IMG/VR virus record: IMGVR_UViG_3300045988_073657
DNA: 56,864 nt
Source: a virus
Strand: one strand, 5' to 3'
Part shown: positions 24,162-34,100 of the stretch, one piece after another
Position numbering within the stretch: the first letter of the stretch is position 1
Layout of the letters: each line of letters opens with the position of its first letter
Notes under the pieces: model-generated
Told to the model about the DNA's origin: nothing
The model's database searches: none
Seen by the model: only the letters and a program-made list of their open reading frames with translations
Position numbers and translations under genes: made by a program

Positions 24162-25043
24162 ATGAGTTTAACAGGAATTGATGTGTCCGCATACCAGGGG
24201 ACGATTAACTGGTGGGCGGTAAAACAGAACGGTATTGATTTTGCTATTCTGAAAGTCATCCGTAAGGATTTGAACCCGGACAAGAAGTTTGAAGAGAACT
24301 GGAAAGGGTGTAAAGAGCACAATGTCCATGTGCACGGAGTATATGAATACGGATATATTACAACGGTTGCAAAATCACGATCTGATGCAAGAAGAGTGCT
24401 TACTATTCTTAATGGCAGAAAAGTGACAGTATATCTTGATGTTGAAGATGCTGTTATGAAAGGTCTTGGCAAAAATATTATTTCTATTATCAATGCTTAC
24501 GGCAAGGTAATCACCGATGCAGGATTGCAGTTCGGTGTATACACTGGGGAAAGTTTTTATAAGACATACATTAAGCCTTATGGCGGTGTGAGTTATCCTA
24601 TGTGGATCGCACGGTACGGCAAGAATAACGGCAAGTGCGATGTGAAGTATCAACCGCAAGTACCGAACATGGTAGGCTGGCAGTATACTTCTAAAGGGCG
24701 TGTAGGAGGCATTGTAGGAAATGTGGACATGAATGTATGGTACAAGGATTTAGATGCCGTATATGAGGATTCTACAAGCCATAGCAACCCTTATGCAGAG
24801 CCGGAAAGACTTCTGTATTACAAGCGTATGGCAATGATGATGAAGGGAAATGATGTCAAGTGGGCGCAGTACGAACTTGTAAGGAAAGGCTTTATGCCGT
24901 CTGTAAATGCGAAAGGTAAGACGAACATTGACGGATATTTCGGGAAAACTACTTCTGATGCAGTGAAAGCATTCCAAAAAAGTGTCGGTATCAAAGTGGA
25001 CGGAAAAATCGGTGCGGTTACAAAGGCATATCTCAAAAAGTGA
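24162..25043 (+). CDS. Endolysin: GH25 muramidase plus PG_binding_1-like C-terminal domain
   Basis: GIDVSAYQGTINW, GVYEY and C-terminal DGYFGKTTSDAVKAFQKSVGIKVDGKIG. Confidence 0.85.
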   Translation: MSLTGIDVSAYQGTINWWAVKQNGIDFAILKVIRKDLNPDKKFEENWKGCKEHNVHVHGVYEYGYITTVAKSRSDARRVLTILNGRKVTVYLDVEDAVMKGLGKNIISIINAYGKVITDAGLQFGVYTGESFYKTYIKPYGGVSYPMWIARYGKNNGKCDVKYQPQVPNMVGWQYTSKGRVGGIVGNVDMNVWYKDLDAVYEDSTSHSNPYAEPERLLYYKRMAMMMKGNDVKWAQYELVRKGFMPSVNAKGKTNIDGYFGKTTSDAVKAFQKSVGIKVDGKIGAVTKAYLKK

Positions 25044-25049
25044 TTTTAG

Positions 25050-25081
25050 GAGCGGTAGGTGTCACAGCTTACCGCTCTTTT
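25050..25081 (+). terminator. Rho-independent terminator 1
   Basis: gagcggta/taccgctc stem plus TTTT. Confidence 0.75.
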
Positions 25082-25084
25082 CTT

Positions 25085-25111
25085 GGAAGTGGTTGACACT
25101 TCCTTTTTTTT
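25085..25111 (+). terminator. Rho-independent terminator 2
   Basis: ggaagtg/cacttcc stem plus T8. Confidence 0.85.
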
Positions 25112-25133
25112 ATTGCGGTAAAGGCGGTGCGGT

Positions 25134-28100
25134 ATGGCAGATATTGATTCTTTGCAGATTAAAATAAAAGCGGATGCAACTAGCGCAAGTAACGCACTGA
25201 ATAAACTTGCAAATAGCCTTACTAATTTTCAGAAAAGCTTGTCTATTGATACATCCAAACTGACAAGCATTTCCAACAGCATACAGAGTATCGCAAATGC
25301 CGCAAATTCCATGAATACGAGTGGCATTAAGAATATCTCCACACTGACAAATTCTATTAACAGAATGGGGAAAATAGATACAAGCGGATTAAGCAGAATT
25401 TCATCCGCACTGAAGACTTTTTCTGCTGATATGGCAGGAACCAAAGTAGATGGAGTAGGGGATATTGCAAGCATAGCATCGTCAATTTCAAGACTTGGCG
25501 GTGTGGCATCCGGCAGAGCGATTACGAACATTCCTTTACTGGCAAAGAATTTGAAGCAGTTATTCACCACTCTGTCTACCACACCAAACGTAAGCGAGAA
25601 CATTATCCGCATGACAAACGCACTGGCAGGACTGGCATCTACTGGTGCGGCATCAGGTCGGGCTGCAAACTCTTTAGGCAGAAATCTGAACACTTATACG
25701 GCAAGTGCAAAAAGAGCCACGAAGAGCACATTCAGCCTTGCAGCGGCTTTCGGAAAATTCTACGCAACGTATTTCCTTGTTATCCGTGGAATTAAAAGCC
25801 TGTGGAAATCCATAGAGGGAACTACGGACTATATTGAAGCATTTAACTACTACACAGTTGCTTTCAATAAAGTCGGCAAGGAATGGGGCAAAGACTTTGA
25901 AAAATTCGGTTACGACAATGCAGAGGATTATGCGCAGAGTTTCGGAAATCGTGTAAATGAACTGCTTGGTAAAATGTCCGGTCTGAAAGTAGATGTAGAT
26001 GGTGGATTGATTTCTGAAAGCGGAATGAAAAACCTGGGATTAAATTTACAGGAGATTACCCAGTATGCTTCACAGCTTGCATCTATCACCAACTCTTTAG
26101 GGCAGACCGGAGAAGTCACTACGGCAATTTCAAAGTCTATGACAATGCTTGCCGGAGATATTTCTTCTCTGTTCAACGTAGATTTTAGCACGGTTGCAAC
26201 TAACTTGCAGTCGGGCTTAATCGGTCAGTCAAGAGCATTGTATAAGTATGGTATTGATATAACAAATGCCACTTTACAGACTTATGCTTACAAATACGGA
26301 ATTGAAAAAGCTGTCTCCGAAATGTCACAGGCAGAGAAACAGCAGTTGCGCTTGCTGGCAATCTTAGATCAGTCCAAAGTGTCATGGGGAGATTTGGCTA
26401 ACACAATCAATTCACCCAGCAACATGATTCGCCAGTTCACAAACAACGTGAAAGAAGCTGGCATGGTTCTAGGTCAGTTATTTATTCCAGTATTGCAGAA
26501 AGTACTTCCTGTTATCAACGGTGTCGTAATTGCGATTAAGAGACTGCTTGTCAGTGTGGCAAATTTACTGGGAATCAAGATTGACTTTTCGTCATTCGGT
26601 CAAGGTGTATCCGGGTACAATGAGGATTTGGAAGATACGGCAGATGCACTGGATAAAGTGGGAACAAGCGCAAAAAATGCTCAAAGCGGAATCAGAGCAT
26701 TTGATAAATTGAAAGTTATTTCCACACCAAAATCCAGTGGTTCCGGAAGTGGTGCTGGTGGAGCAGGAATTGACCTTACCAAAGAAATCATGGATGCTAC
26801 TGCCGAGTACGAGAAAGTATGGCAAGAAGCATTTGATAAGATGCAGAACACGGCTATGGGTTGGGCTGATAAGATAGAAAAACTTCTTGAACCTGTGAAA
26901 AAGTTGTTCAAGGATTTGTTCAATGGTGATTTTTTTGAAGCAGGACAAGATTTGTCCGGCATTGTAACAGGGATATTTAACTGGATGTCCGATGCTATTG
27001 CATCTGTAGACTGGTACCAAATAGGTCAAAACATAGGACAGTTCCTTGCCGGTATTGATTGGACTTCCGTATTTACATCTGTCGGAAATTTTATAGGACA
27101 AGCAATTACAGCGGCAATCGACCTGTGGAAAGGAAGTTTTGATGCAGCACCGATTGAAACCACGATTCTGACAGCAATAGGTCTTTTGAAATTTACTGGC
27201 TTGGGAGATATACTGTGGAAAGCAATCAAAGATTCCATTGTCTTGTCAATGGGTGGTAAGGCAGGAGCAGGAATCGGAGAAACAATTCTCGGAAATCTAT
27301 TAGGAACTGGAGCAGCGGCAGGAGCAGAGGGAGCGGCAGCAGGAGCAACCGGATTGTTTGGTGGTATAAGTGCAGGGGCAGTAGCGGCAACAGCGGCTAT
27401 CACAGCAGTTGTAGCAGGACTTGCTCTTGTATATGCAACAAATGAGGATGTTAGAAAGAGTTTCAAGGAATCAATTTCAGCCATTGCGGATAATCTCACT
27501 CCTGCAATGGAGTTTTTGACAACAACGGTTATACCAGATTTACAGAATGCATGGACAGGCCTTGTGGATGTCCTAACTCCGATAGGAGAATTTTTGAAGA
27601 CTGCATTCACAAGTATATGGCAGGATATGCTAAATCCAGCACTGAAATATGTCGGTGAAGAAGTGCTTCCGAAATTGCAAAGTGCTTTTGAAAATCTTTG
27701 GAATGGAGTGCTTGTTCCGCTTGGAACATTCCTTGGAAATGTTTTGAATCCTGTGATTCAGATTGTTGCGGACATACTTACAGTGCTTTGGCAAAACGTA
27801 GTAGTGCCTTTAGCAGATGCATTAGGAAGTATTTTGGGAGCGGCTTTTGATGCGATAGTCGATAAAATGAATTTTGTGGTAGAACAAGTGAAACCAGTAA
27901 TAGAAGTATTCACCTTCTTATGGGATAATGTTTTATCTCCCATAGTCACTCATTTGTGGGAAGATTTAAAGCCTGCTTTTGAAACTGTATTTAATGCAAT
28001 AGGAAATATTATCAAAAATCTTGGAACAGCATTAAAAGGATTAATAAATTTTGTTTCTGGTGTGTTCACTGGAAACTGGAGAAAAGCATGGGACGGAATA

Positions 28101-28586
28101 AAAGATATTTTCAAAGGAGTGTTTAATGGACTTGTATCCATAGCAGAAGGATGCGTAAATCTGATTATTGATGGAATAAATGCTTTTATTGATGGTTTTG
28201 GCTTGGTTAGCGGTATATCGGAAGCTATAGGAATAAGCTTCAAGCCAGTACAAATACCTAAAATAAGTATTCCTAGATTTGAAACTGGCGGTTACGTTCC
28301 AAGCCGATACACGATGTTCATGGCAGGAGAGAACGGCGTACCGGAGATTGCCGGGACAGTAGGCGGCAAGACAGCGGTTGCCGGTGGAGTTGAAATCACT
28401 GGAATCAAAGATGCTATTAATTCCACGGCACAACAGGAAATTGCACTTCTAAAACAAAATAATCAGCTACTGCAAGGAATCCTTGAAAAAGAGTTTGGAA
28501 TAACAACAGATCAAATTGGAATTGCCGCAAGACAATACGGTCAAGAGCAATTTAACCAAAAACACAAGAATGTATATGTATTTTAA
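25134..28586 (+). CDS. Tape measure protein
   Basis: 1150 aa; helical repeats; Gly/Ala-rich TM-like core. Confidence 0.9.
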   Translation: MADIDSLQIKIKADATSASNALNKLANSLTNFQKSLSIDTSKLTSISNSIQSIANAANSMNTSGIKNISTLTNSINRMGKIDTSGLSRISSALKTFSADMAGTKVDGVGDIASIASSISRLGGVASGRAITNIPLLAKNLKQLFTTLSTTPNVSENIIRMTNALAGLASTGAASGRAANSLGRNLNTYTASAKRATKSTFSLAAAFGKFYATYFLVIRGIKSLWKSIEGTTDYIEAFNYYTVAFNKVGKEWGKDFEKFGYDNAEDYAQSFGNRVNELLGKMSGLKVDVDGGLISESGMKNLGLNLQEITQYASQLASITNSLGQTGEVTTAISKSMTMLAGDISSLFNVDFSTVATNLQSGLIGQSRALYKYGIDITNATLQTYAYKYGIEKAVSEMSQAEKQQLRLLAILDQSKVSWGDLANTINSPSNMIRQFTNNVKEAGMVLGQLFIPVLQKVLPVINGVVIAIKRLLVSVANLLGIKIDFSSFGQGVSGYNEDLEDTADALDKVGTSAKNAQSGIRAFDKLKVISTPKSSGSGSGAGGAGIDLTKEIMDATAEYEKVWQEAFDKMQNTAMGWADKIEKLLEPVKKLFKDLFNGDFFEAGQDLSGIVTGIFNWMSDAIASVDWYQIGQNIGQFLAGIDWTSVFTSVGNFIGQAITAAIDLWKGSFDAAPIETTILTAIGLLKFTGLGDILWKAIKDSIVLSMGGKAGAGIGETILGNLLGTGAAAGAEGAAAGATGLFGGISAGAVAATAAITAVVAGLALVYATNEDVRKSFKESISAIADNLTPAMEFLTTTVIPDLQNAWTGLVDVLTPIGEFLKTAFTSIWQDMLNPALKYVGEEVLPKLQSAFENLWNGVLVPLGTFLGNVLNPVIQIVADILTVLWQNVVVPLADALGSILGAAFDAIVDKMNFVVEQVKPVIEVFTFLWDNVLSPIVTHLWEDLKPAFETVFNAIGNIIKNLGTALKGLINFVSGVFTGNWRKAWDGIKDIFKGVFNGLVSIAEGCVNLIIDGINAFIDGFGLVSGISEAIGISFKPVQIPKISIPRFETGGYVPSRYTMFMAGENGVPEIAGTVGGKTAVAGGVEITGIKDAINSTAQQEIALLKQNNQLLQGILEKEFGITTDQIGIAARQYGQEQFNQKHKNVYVF

Positions 28587-28590
28587 CACA

Positions 28591-28623
28591 GACAGCACTC
28601 TGGATGGGTGCTGTCTATTTTTA
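28591..28623 (+). terminator. Rho-independent terminator
   Basis: gacagcac/gtgctgtc stem plus T-run. Confidence 0.75.
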
Positions 28624-28643
28624 TGCAATGAGGCGGTGAGCGT

Positions 28644-29066
28644 ATGTCAGCATATCAAGGATGGCTTTTAAAAATTGGAGATTACGTTATTGACCAGTCA
28701 AGATTTATAGCCGCTGAAAGTTATCAGCCAGCTGTAAATATGCAGGATGTAGACCCGTGGACTGATGCAAATGGATACGTACATAGAAATGCTGTGGAGC
28801 TAAAAGCATTAAGTGTTGATTTTTCCACGCCTGCAATGCTGACGGATGACGATTTGCAAGAGTTACTGTCCGGGATACGAAGCAACTTTATTGATGCAAC
28901 GGAACAGGGGTGCAATATCACGGCATACATTCCATTTTTAGGTCAATATGTCACACAATATGGCTATATGGCTGATATAAAGCCTACAATCTACGGAACT
29001 TATGACGGAGAGATTAAATACAATCAGATAGAGTTTTCATTTGTCGGAGGTGTAGCGAATGAGTAA
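28644..29066 (+). CDS. Distal tail protein-like
   Basis: Position after the tape measure; 140 aa. Confidence 0.5.
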   Translation: MSAYQGWLLKIGDYVIDQSRFIAAESYQPAVNMQDVDPWTDANGYVHRNAVELKALSVDFSTPAMLTDDDLQELLSGIRSNFIDATEQGCNITAYIPFLGQYVTQYGYMADIKPTIYGTYDGEIKYNQIEFSFVGGVANE

Positions 29067-30972
29067 CTATACCTATGCGGATTTGTTTGATAAAAGCGCA
29101 TCCAAAAAGGAAATCACGATTGAAACAGAGGACAAGTCTGTAAAAATCACCAACAGCGAAATCCATTTTGAACAGTTTGAATTAAAAGAAATCCTATGTG
29201 ATGATGATTACCTTACATTTGGACAGTGCAATGCATCACAGTTAAAATTCAAAATTTCCAACGTGTTCACAAGCATGATTGGGAAACAGATAAATGTTTC
29301 TGCTGTGATTAATGGACATGCTGACGCACCGTTTATTTTCGGCAAATACCGTGTCATTTCCGATAAACCAACAGATGATAAGCGTTACAGGAATGTGACG
29401 GCATATGACGCCATATACGATATTGGAGAATCAGAAGTATCTTCCTGGTATAACGGATTGAAATTTCCTCTGACCTTAAAGCAGTTCAGAGACAGCTTTT
29501 TTTCATATTTTGGTGTTGAGCAAGTAGCAACCACATTGCCTAATGACAGCATGGAAGTGGCAGAAACCATAAAACCAAGCGAACTTTCTGGCCAGACGGT
29601 CATGGAAGCAATCTGCTCGATAAATGGATGTTTTGGTCACATTAACCATGATGGAAAATTTGAATATGTTTTCCTTAAAGAAATAATATCTGGATTATAT
29701 CCACAAAAAGGATTATATCCACAGAAAGGATTATACCCTAGAAAAGGTTCTGAAAAAGAAAAGGTTACTGGTGGAAAATACAAATCAGTTAAATATGAAG
29801 ATTTTGTCTGCCAAAAAGTTACAAAAGTGCAGATAAGGCAATCAGAAAATGATATTGGTGCAGTTTACCCAGATACAGAGATTACCGACAACGACAACAG
29901 TTATATTTTGCAAGATAATTTCCTTGTTTATGGAATGGGTGCAGATGCACTGGAAACGGTTGCAAGAAATCTGTATGAGGTTATTAAAGTTGTAAAATAT
30001 AGACCTTATAACTGTGAAAAAATAGGAAATCCTTGTTTGAGCCTTGGAGAAGCAGTCAATGTATATACGGCTAAAGAAATCATAGAAAGCTATGTGTTGA
30101 GTAGAACATACAAAGGAATCCAACAACCGATAGACACCATATCTGCCACCGGAAAAGCACCAAAATACAGTGAACAGGTAAATGGAATTAACAAAAGTAT
30201 AATTCAACTCCGTGGAAAGACTAATGAACTAGAACGGAATGTAGAAGAGACCCGGTCTGAGATCAAGGATGTAGAGAGCGGATTGGATACGAAAATTACG
30301 CAAAATGCAGGAAAAATTGAAGCAGAAGCGAAAAGGGCAACAGATACAGAAGTAGAATTGGCAGCGGCAATATCTTTGCAGGCAGACCAAATCAAATTAA
30401 AAGTATCAAAAGGTGATGTCAGTTCTCAGTTAAGTGTTGAAAGTGGACAGGTAAGTATTTCTGGAAACCGTTTTGTATTGGAAGCAGATAACTGTAGCAT
30501 ATCAGCAGATGGAACTATAACAGCTAAAAACGCAGTAATGACTGGTAGTTTTAAGTCTATAGGGGAAGACGGAAGTTACACAGAAGTATCATCAGGTGAA
30601 ATTAAATTTTATAACGAACTATTGCAAAGCACAGGATCTATAAAAGGATTGGGACAATATCTTACTATTGATGCTTCAATGGTAAGTGTAAGCGGAATTT
30701 TAGTGGTAGGAAATGGAGCAACATATAATTCACAATATGTAAAAAACATATCAACAACTTCTCAAATATTAGGCAGTAAGACAGTACTGACAAGTGCCAC
30801 ATTAAGTGTCACAAAAAATTATATAAATGGAACCGTATCAGATGTATCTTTGGTAACACAAACAGCCAATGTTGCTGATTATCCTGGACATAATGTTAAT
30901 TTTATTACAGGAGTTTCATCACTTGGAGGTTTGCTCACTGCAACATCTGGAATTGTCACACTTATGACGTAG
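29059..30972 (+). CDS. Tail-associated (Tal-like) minor structural protein
   Basis: 637 aa; position; coiled coil near residue 400. Confidence 0.7.
   Translation: MSNYTYADLFDKSASKKEITIETEDKSVKITNSEIHFEQFELKEILCDDDYLTFGQCNASQLKFKISNVFTSMIGKQINVSAVINGHADAPFIFGKYRVISDKPTDDKRYRNVTAYDAIYDIGESEVSSWYNGLKFPLTLKQFRDSFFSYFGVEQVATTLPNDSMEVAETIKPSELSGQTVMEAICSINGCFGHINHDGKFEYVFLKEIISGLYPQKGLYPQKGLYPRKGSEKEKVTGGKYKSVKYEDFVCQKVTKVQIRQSENDIGAVYPDTEITDNDNSYILQDNFLVYGMGADALETVARNLYEVIKVVKYRPYNCEKIGNPCLSLGEAVNVYTAKEIIESYVLSRTYKGIQQPIDTISATGKAPKYSEQVNGINKSIIQLRGKTNELERNVEETRSEIKDVESGLDTKITQNAGKIEAEAKRATDTEVELAAAISLQADQIKLKVSKGDVSSQLSVESGQVSISGNRFVLEADNCSISADGTITAKNAVMTGSFKSIGEDGSYTEVSSGEIKFYNELLQSTGSIKGLGQYLTIDASMVSVSGILVVGNGATYNSQYVKNISTTSQILGSKTVLTSATLSVTKNYINGTVSDVSLVTQTANVADYPGHNVNFITGVSSLGGLLTATSGIVTLMT
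29702..29755 (+). repeat. 3 x 18-bp tandem repeat encoding GLYPQK GLYPQK GLYPRK
   Basis: ggattatatccacaaaaa / ggattatatccacagaaa / ggattataccctagaaaa. Confidence 0.9.
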
Positions 30973-30982
30973 GAGATTTATT

Positions 30983-31285
30983 ATGGTAAAAAAAATATTT
31001 ATTCTTCAAACGATTATTGGAAAAACAATGAAAGAAGTAATGGAAGAAAGGCAAGAAATTCAGCAATATATAGCTTTTACCATTGGAATTTCCACGTTTA
31101 CGGAAATCAATGCAACATTGTTTAGCACGGAAGATGGCGATGGTTTTGAAGAGTTTATGAAGCAACTTATTGACATGTCGGATACAGTGGTTGCACAGAG
31201 CGGATATGAGGTATCTGAACTGTGCAAAAATCTGTATGCGTATGCAGAAGAGCAAGGAAAAGAAATCTATGTAAGGGAGAATTGA
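30983..31285 (+). CDS. Hypothetical protein
   Basis: 100-aa ORF. Confidence 0.5.
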   Translation: MVKKIFILQTIIGKTMKEVMEERQEIQQYIAFTIGISTFTEINATLFSTEDGDGFEEFMKQLIDMSDTVVAQSGYEVSELCKNLYAYAEEQGKEIYVREN

Positions 31286-31286
31286 T

Positions 31287-31469
31287 ATGGCAGCAAATTT
31301 TGAGATTAAGAAATTAAAAAGCAACCTTGTGACAGTATTAAATCAAACACCGTTGCCTATCGAGGTGAAAAGGCTTGTACTGTATGAAGTATATTCGGAG
31401 ACTAAACAGTTATCAGATATGCAGATTATGAAAGAGGAAAACGAGGTAACTACAGATGGCAATGAATAA
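31287..31469 (+). CDS. Hypothetical small protein
   Basis: 60-aa ORF, tightly packed. Confidence 0.5.
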   Translation: MAANFEIKKLKSNLVTVLNQTPLPIEVKRLVLYEVYSETKQLSDMQIMKEENEVTTDGNE

Positions 31470-32772
31470 GGTTTATACCAGAATTAACTGGGAAGATTAC
31501 CCCAGTGAAAACACGGATTTAGATGCATACAATCTTAATCAGATGGATTCTGCTATTGATGCGTTAGACAACCGTATCGTATCACAGGATGCCTTAAAAG
31601 TAGACAAGTCTGCAATAAACGGAAACATTGCTGATTGGACTATGGATGAAACAACCGGTGTTATTACTATTACAAAATACAACGGTGAAAAAGTAATTTT
31701 TGACCTTAATATTGAAAAAATACCTGTCGAATTTTTTATGTCTGATGATGGAATCATTACCATGACTACAGAAGATGGAACACAGTTTACAGCTGATATT
31801 GGTTCTATGATTCCGGTGTTGACATTTGAAGATTCTGCAACCATAGCTGTATCCGTGACTGGTACTGGAAAGAATAAGACTTATTCTTTTTCAATCAAAA
31901 CAGGATCAGTAACAGATGCTATGCTACAGCCTAATTATTTAGCAGATATTAGAGTAGAATCCGCAAATGCATCTGCTTATGCGCAATCCGCAAATGCAAA
32001 ATCTGTATTGGCTGAATCTTATGCCATAGGTGGAACCGGAACAAGAGAAGGAGAAGATACTGATAACGCAAAGTATTATATGGAGCAGGCAAAACAGCAA
32101 ACAGGAGGTATACCTACAAAGGTTAGTGAATTAGAGAATGACGCTGGATATATTAAAAAAGATGTTGATAATCTTGTGAATTACTACGACAAGACCACTA
32201 CCGACCAAAAATTAGCCAACATTGACTTGACTGATTATCTCAAAAAGACAGGTGATGCTTCCAACACAACCGTAGCATTCACTGAGCCAGCCGACCTTGC
32301 ACAGCCGACCACAGGCGAAAAACTCAGCGGAATTATCGGCAAGGTTAGCCTTGCGATAAAGAACATCAAAACATTAATTTCTCTAATAGGAAATACTGAT
32401 ATTTCATCAATCGGAAACGGCACTGTTACGGGGGCAATTAGTGATGTAAATGGCAAGTTAAACCAAGATGCCGATTTGACTTTAGTAAATTGTGTATCGT
32501 GGAGTTCCGATAATAGCATTTCCAAAATTGGTAACAGGGTATTTGTCACAATAGGCGTACAAATTACATCTGAGCAGTCTAGCGGATCATTAATCATTAC
32601 CAATATTGCAAAGACATATTACCCTAAAAATGCGTATGTTAGAGCAAATGCAACAGGTGGTACAAGCGGCAACAATCATAATATTTATATTAATAAATCT
32701 AGTGGTACGATAATATTAAACCCATCAACGGAACGGTATTATTCTGCCAGTTTCTCATATTTGTCAGATTGA
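31456..32772 (+). CDS. Tail fibre / receptor-binding protein
   Basis: N-terminal TRINWEDYPSENTDLDAYNLNQMDSAIDALDNRI typical of phage fibre N-termini. Confidence 0.75.
   Translation: MAMNKVYTRINWEDYPSENTDLDAYNLNQMDSAIDALDNRIVSQDALKVDKSAINGNIADWTMDETTGVITITKYNGEKVIFDLNIEKIPVEFFMSDDGIITMTTEDGTQFTADIGSMIPVLTFEDSATIAVSVTGTGKNKTYSFSIKTGSVTDAMLQPNYLADIRVESANASAYAQSANAKSVLAESYAIGGTGTREGEDTDNAKYYMEQAKQQTGGIPTKVSELENDAGYIKKDVDNLVNYYDKTTTDQKLANIDLTDYLKKTGDASNTTVAFTEPADLAQPTTGEKLSGIIGKVSLAIKNIKTLISLIGNTDISSIGNGTVTGAISDVNGKLNQDADLTLVNCVSWSSDNSISKIGNRVFVTIGVQITSEQSSGSLIITNIAKTYYPKNAYVRANATGGTSGNNHNIYINKSSGTIILNPSTERYYSASFSYLSD
32445..32462 (+). repeat. Inverted-repeat arm L, TGTAAATGGCAAgTTAAA, inside the fibre gene
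   Basis: 17/18 match to the reverse complement of 33058-33075. Confidence 0.8.
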
Positions 32773-32813
32773 GATTTATTTGAAGAAGCAGCCCAATACC
32801 TTGGATTAATTAA

Positions 32814-33119
32814 TTATTTATATGCCACAACAAAATTTAATATAAATGTTGCATCATTGCTAACATTTGCAATTTGATATGCATAAAACTTGCTATTACT
32901 TGCAAATCTTACATTAACTGCCCAATCACAATTTGCAAACACCCCAAATACATTTGCATTGTTTGGCAATCCAAAGTCAGACAAGGAGCCTAAAAAGGAC
33001 TGTTTATTCGCCGCTAATAGAGTAACAGATGTTGATATTGATGCAAATTTCAAACCATTTAAATTGCCATTTACAGAAGTAATGATAACTGATGTATGCA
33101 GATTAGTAATAAAAATAAA
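32814..33119 (-). other. Start-less alternative tail-fibre C-terminal cassette in inverted orientation
   Basis: Open frame without RBS or ATG; begins ...ITSVNGNLNG, homologous to ISDVNGKLNQ of the fibre gene, then diverges. Confidence 0.55.
33058..33075 (-). repeat. Inverted-repeat arm R (TGTAAATGGCAAtTTAAA on the minus strand)
   Basis: See 32445-32462. Confidence 0.8.
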
Positions 33120-33125
33120 TCAATC

Positions 33126-33160
33126 AAAAAGAGCATGGTGTAGAAGCCATGCTCTTAATT
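33126..33160. terminator. Bidirectional terminator
   Basis: 9-bp stem agagcatgg/ccatgctct flanked by A5 and T-run. Confidence 0.75.
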
Positions 33161-33161
33161 T

Positions 33162-33953
33162 TTATCTGATTCCCCAGTCACCATCATTATTTACAAAACC
33201 AACCACATATCCTATCATGTCATCAATTATGTGTCCCGGAAGTATACTGTTCGGAGACATAAGCGGAACATATCTCCATTTTCTTGCGCCATCTTCAATT
33301 ATATGGGTTTTCACGACAATATATATCCCACCATTACTGGTCACAATACATCGTTCACCGTCTTGTGGTTCACGATCTGCGGAAAGGAGAATAATTTCCC
33401 CTGGAAGATAAAACGGCATATAGTAGTCACAGGGAATTTTCAAACCGATATAAGTCTTTGATTTTATGTTTTCAGGCAAATTGTCTATGCACATTGGTTC
33501 CACAGCATTTGTGGTTGCGATAATTCCATTCATAAGTTGTGGATTAAGGACAGAAATATACTTGTGTGATTTTTCAAGACTGGAATAGATTTTATCTTGG
33601 TGACGGATGAAGTAGCGGATAAGGTACAGAGAGTGTTCTGGCAGACTGCGGCATATCTTGACAGATTCCAACATCTTATCTTCCATAGTGCCACAACCTA
33701 CCAGTTCATCTACGCTGATTCCAAAGGCTCTAGCAAGCGCAACAGCGGTAGATAGCTTTGTGTCGTTAGAATTACCGTACAGTAGTGAATTAAGCGTAGA
33801 ATAAGGCAAATTAGCTTCATCAGCAAGCTTGTACACTGTCATGTCCGGTTCATTGAGAAATTCGTGGAGATTACCACGAAAACTTAACATATAATTTGCA
33901 CGGTTGACTGATAGATGTGTCGATATTTCTTTGATTCGGTCTTTTTCCATCAT
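33162..33953 (-). CDS. CI-like repressor: XRE HTH plus LexA/S24-like C-terminal domain
   Basis: ORF trimmed to ATG 33953 after gaaaggggg; YKLADEANLPYSTLNSLLYG HTH. Confidence 0.7.
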   Translation of the reverse strand: MMEKDRIKEISTHLSVNRANYMLSFRGNLHEFLNEPDMTVYKLADEANLPYSTLNSLLYGNSNDTKLSTAVALARAFGISVDELVGCGTMEDKMLESVKICRSLPEHSLYLIRYFIRHQDKIYSSLEKSHKYISVLNPQLMNGIIATTNAVEPMCIDNLPENIKSKTYIGLKIPCDYYMPFYLPGEIILLSADREPQDGERCIVTSNGGIYIVVKTHIIEDGARKWRYVPLMSPNSILPGHIIDDMIGYVVGFVNNDGDWGIR

Positions 33954-34100
33954 GTTTTTTGTCCCCCTTTCACATGATACACTTGTAACATCCCTTGAAA
34001 CGAGGGACATCAAGTTCTGGCGAGGGCGGTGTTTATTGGCGTTTTCACCGTCCTCTTTTTGTTGATATTTTACAACAATAAAAAACGTGCGTCAAATATA

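Noticed and set aside
25229-28433. Numerous minus-strand ORFs inside the tape-measure gene (e.g. 26592..27101, 27026..27610)
   Set aside because: These are antisense shadows of a long, repetitive, Ala/Gly-rich coding region, and they have no RBS.
31456-33119. Diversity-generating retroelement acting on the tail fibre
   Set aside because: There is no reverse transcriptase gene and no template/variable repeat pair. The only repeat is the 18-bp inverted repeat.
32890-33411. 173-aa plus-strand ORF
   Set aside because: It is antisense to both the alternative fibre cassette and the repressor gene, crosses a bidirectional terminator, and has low-complexity sequence.
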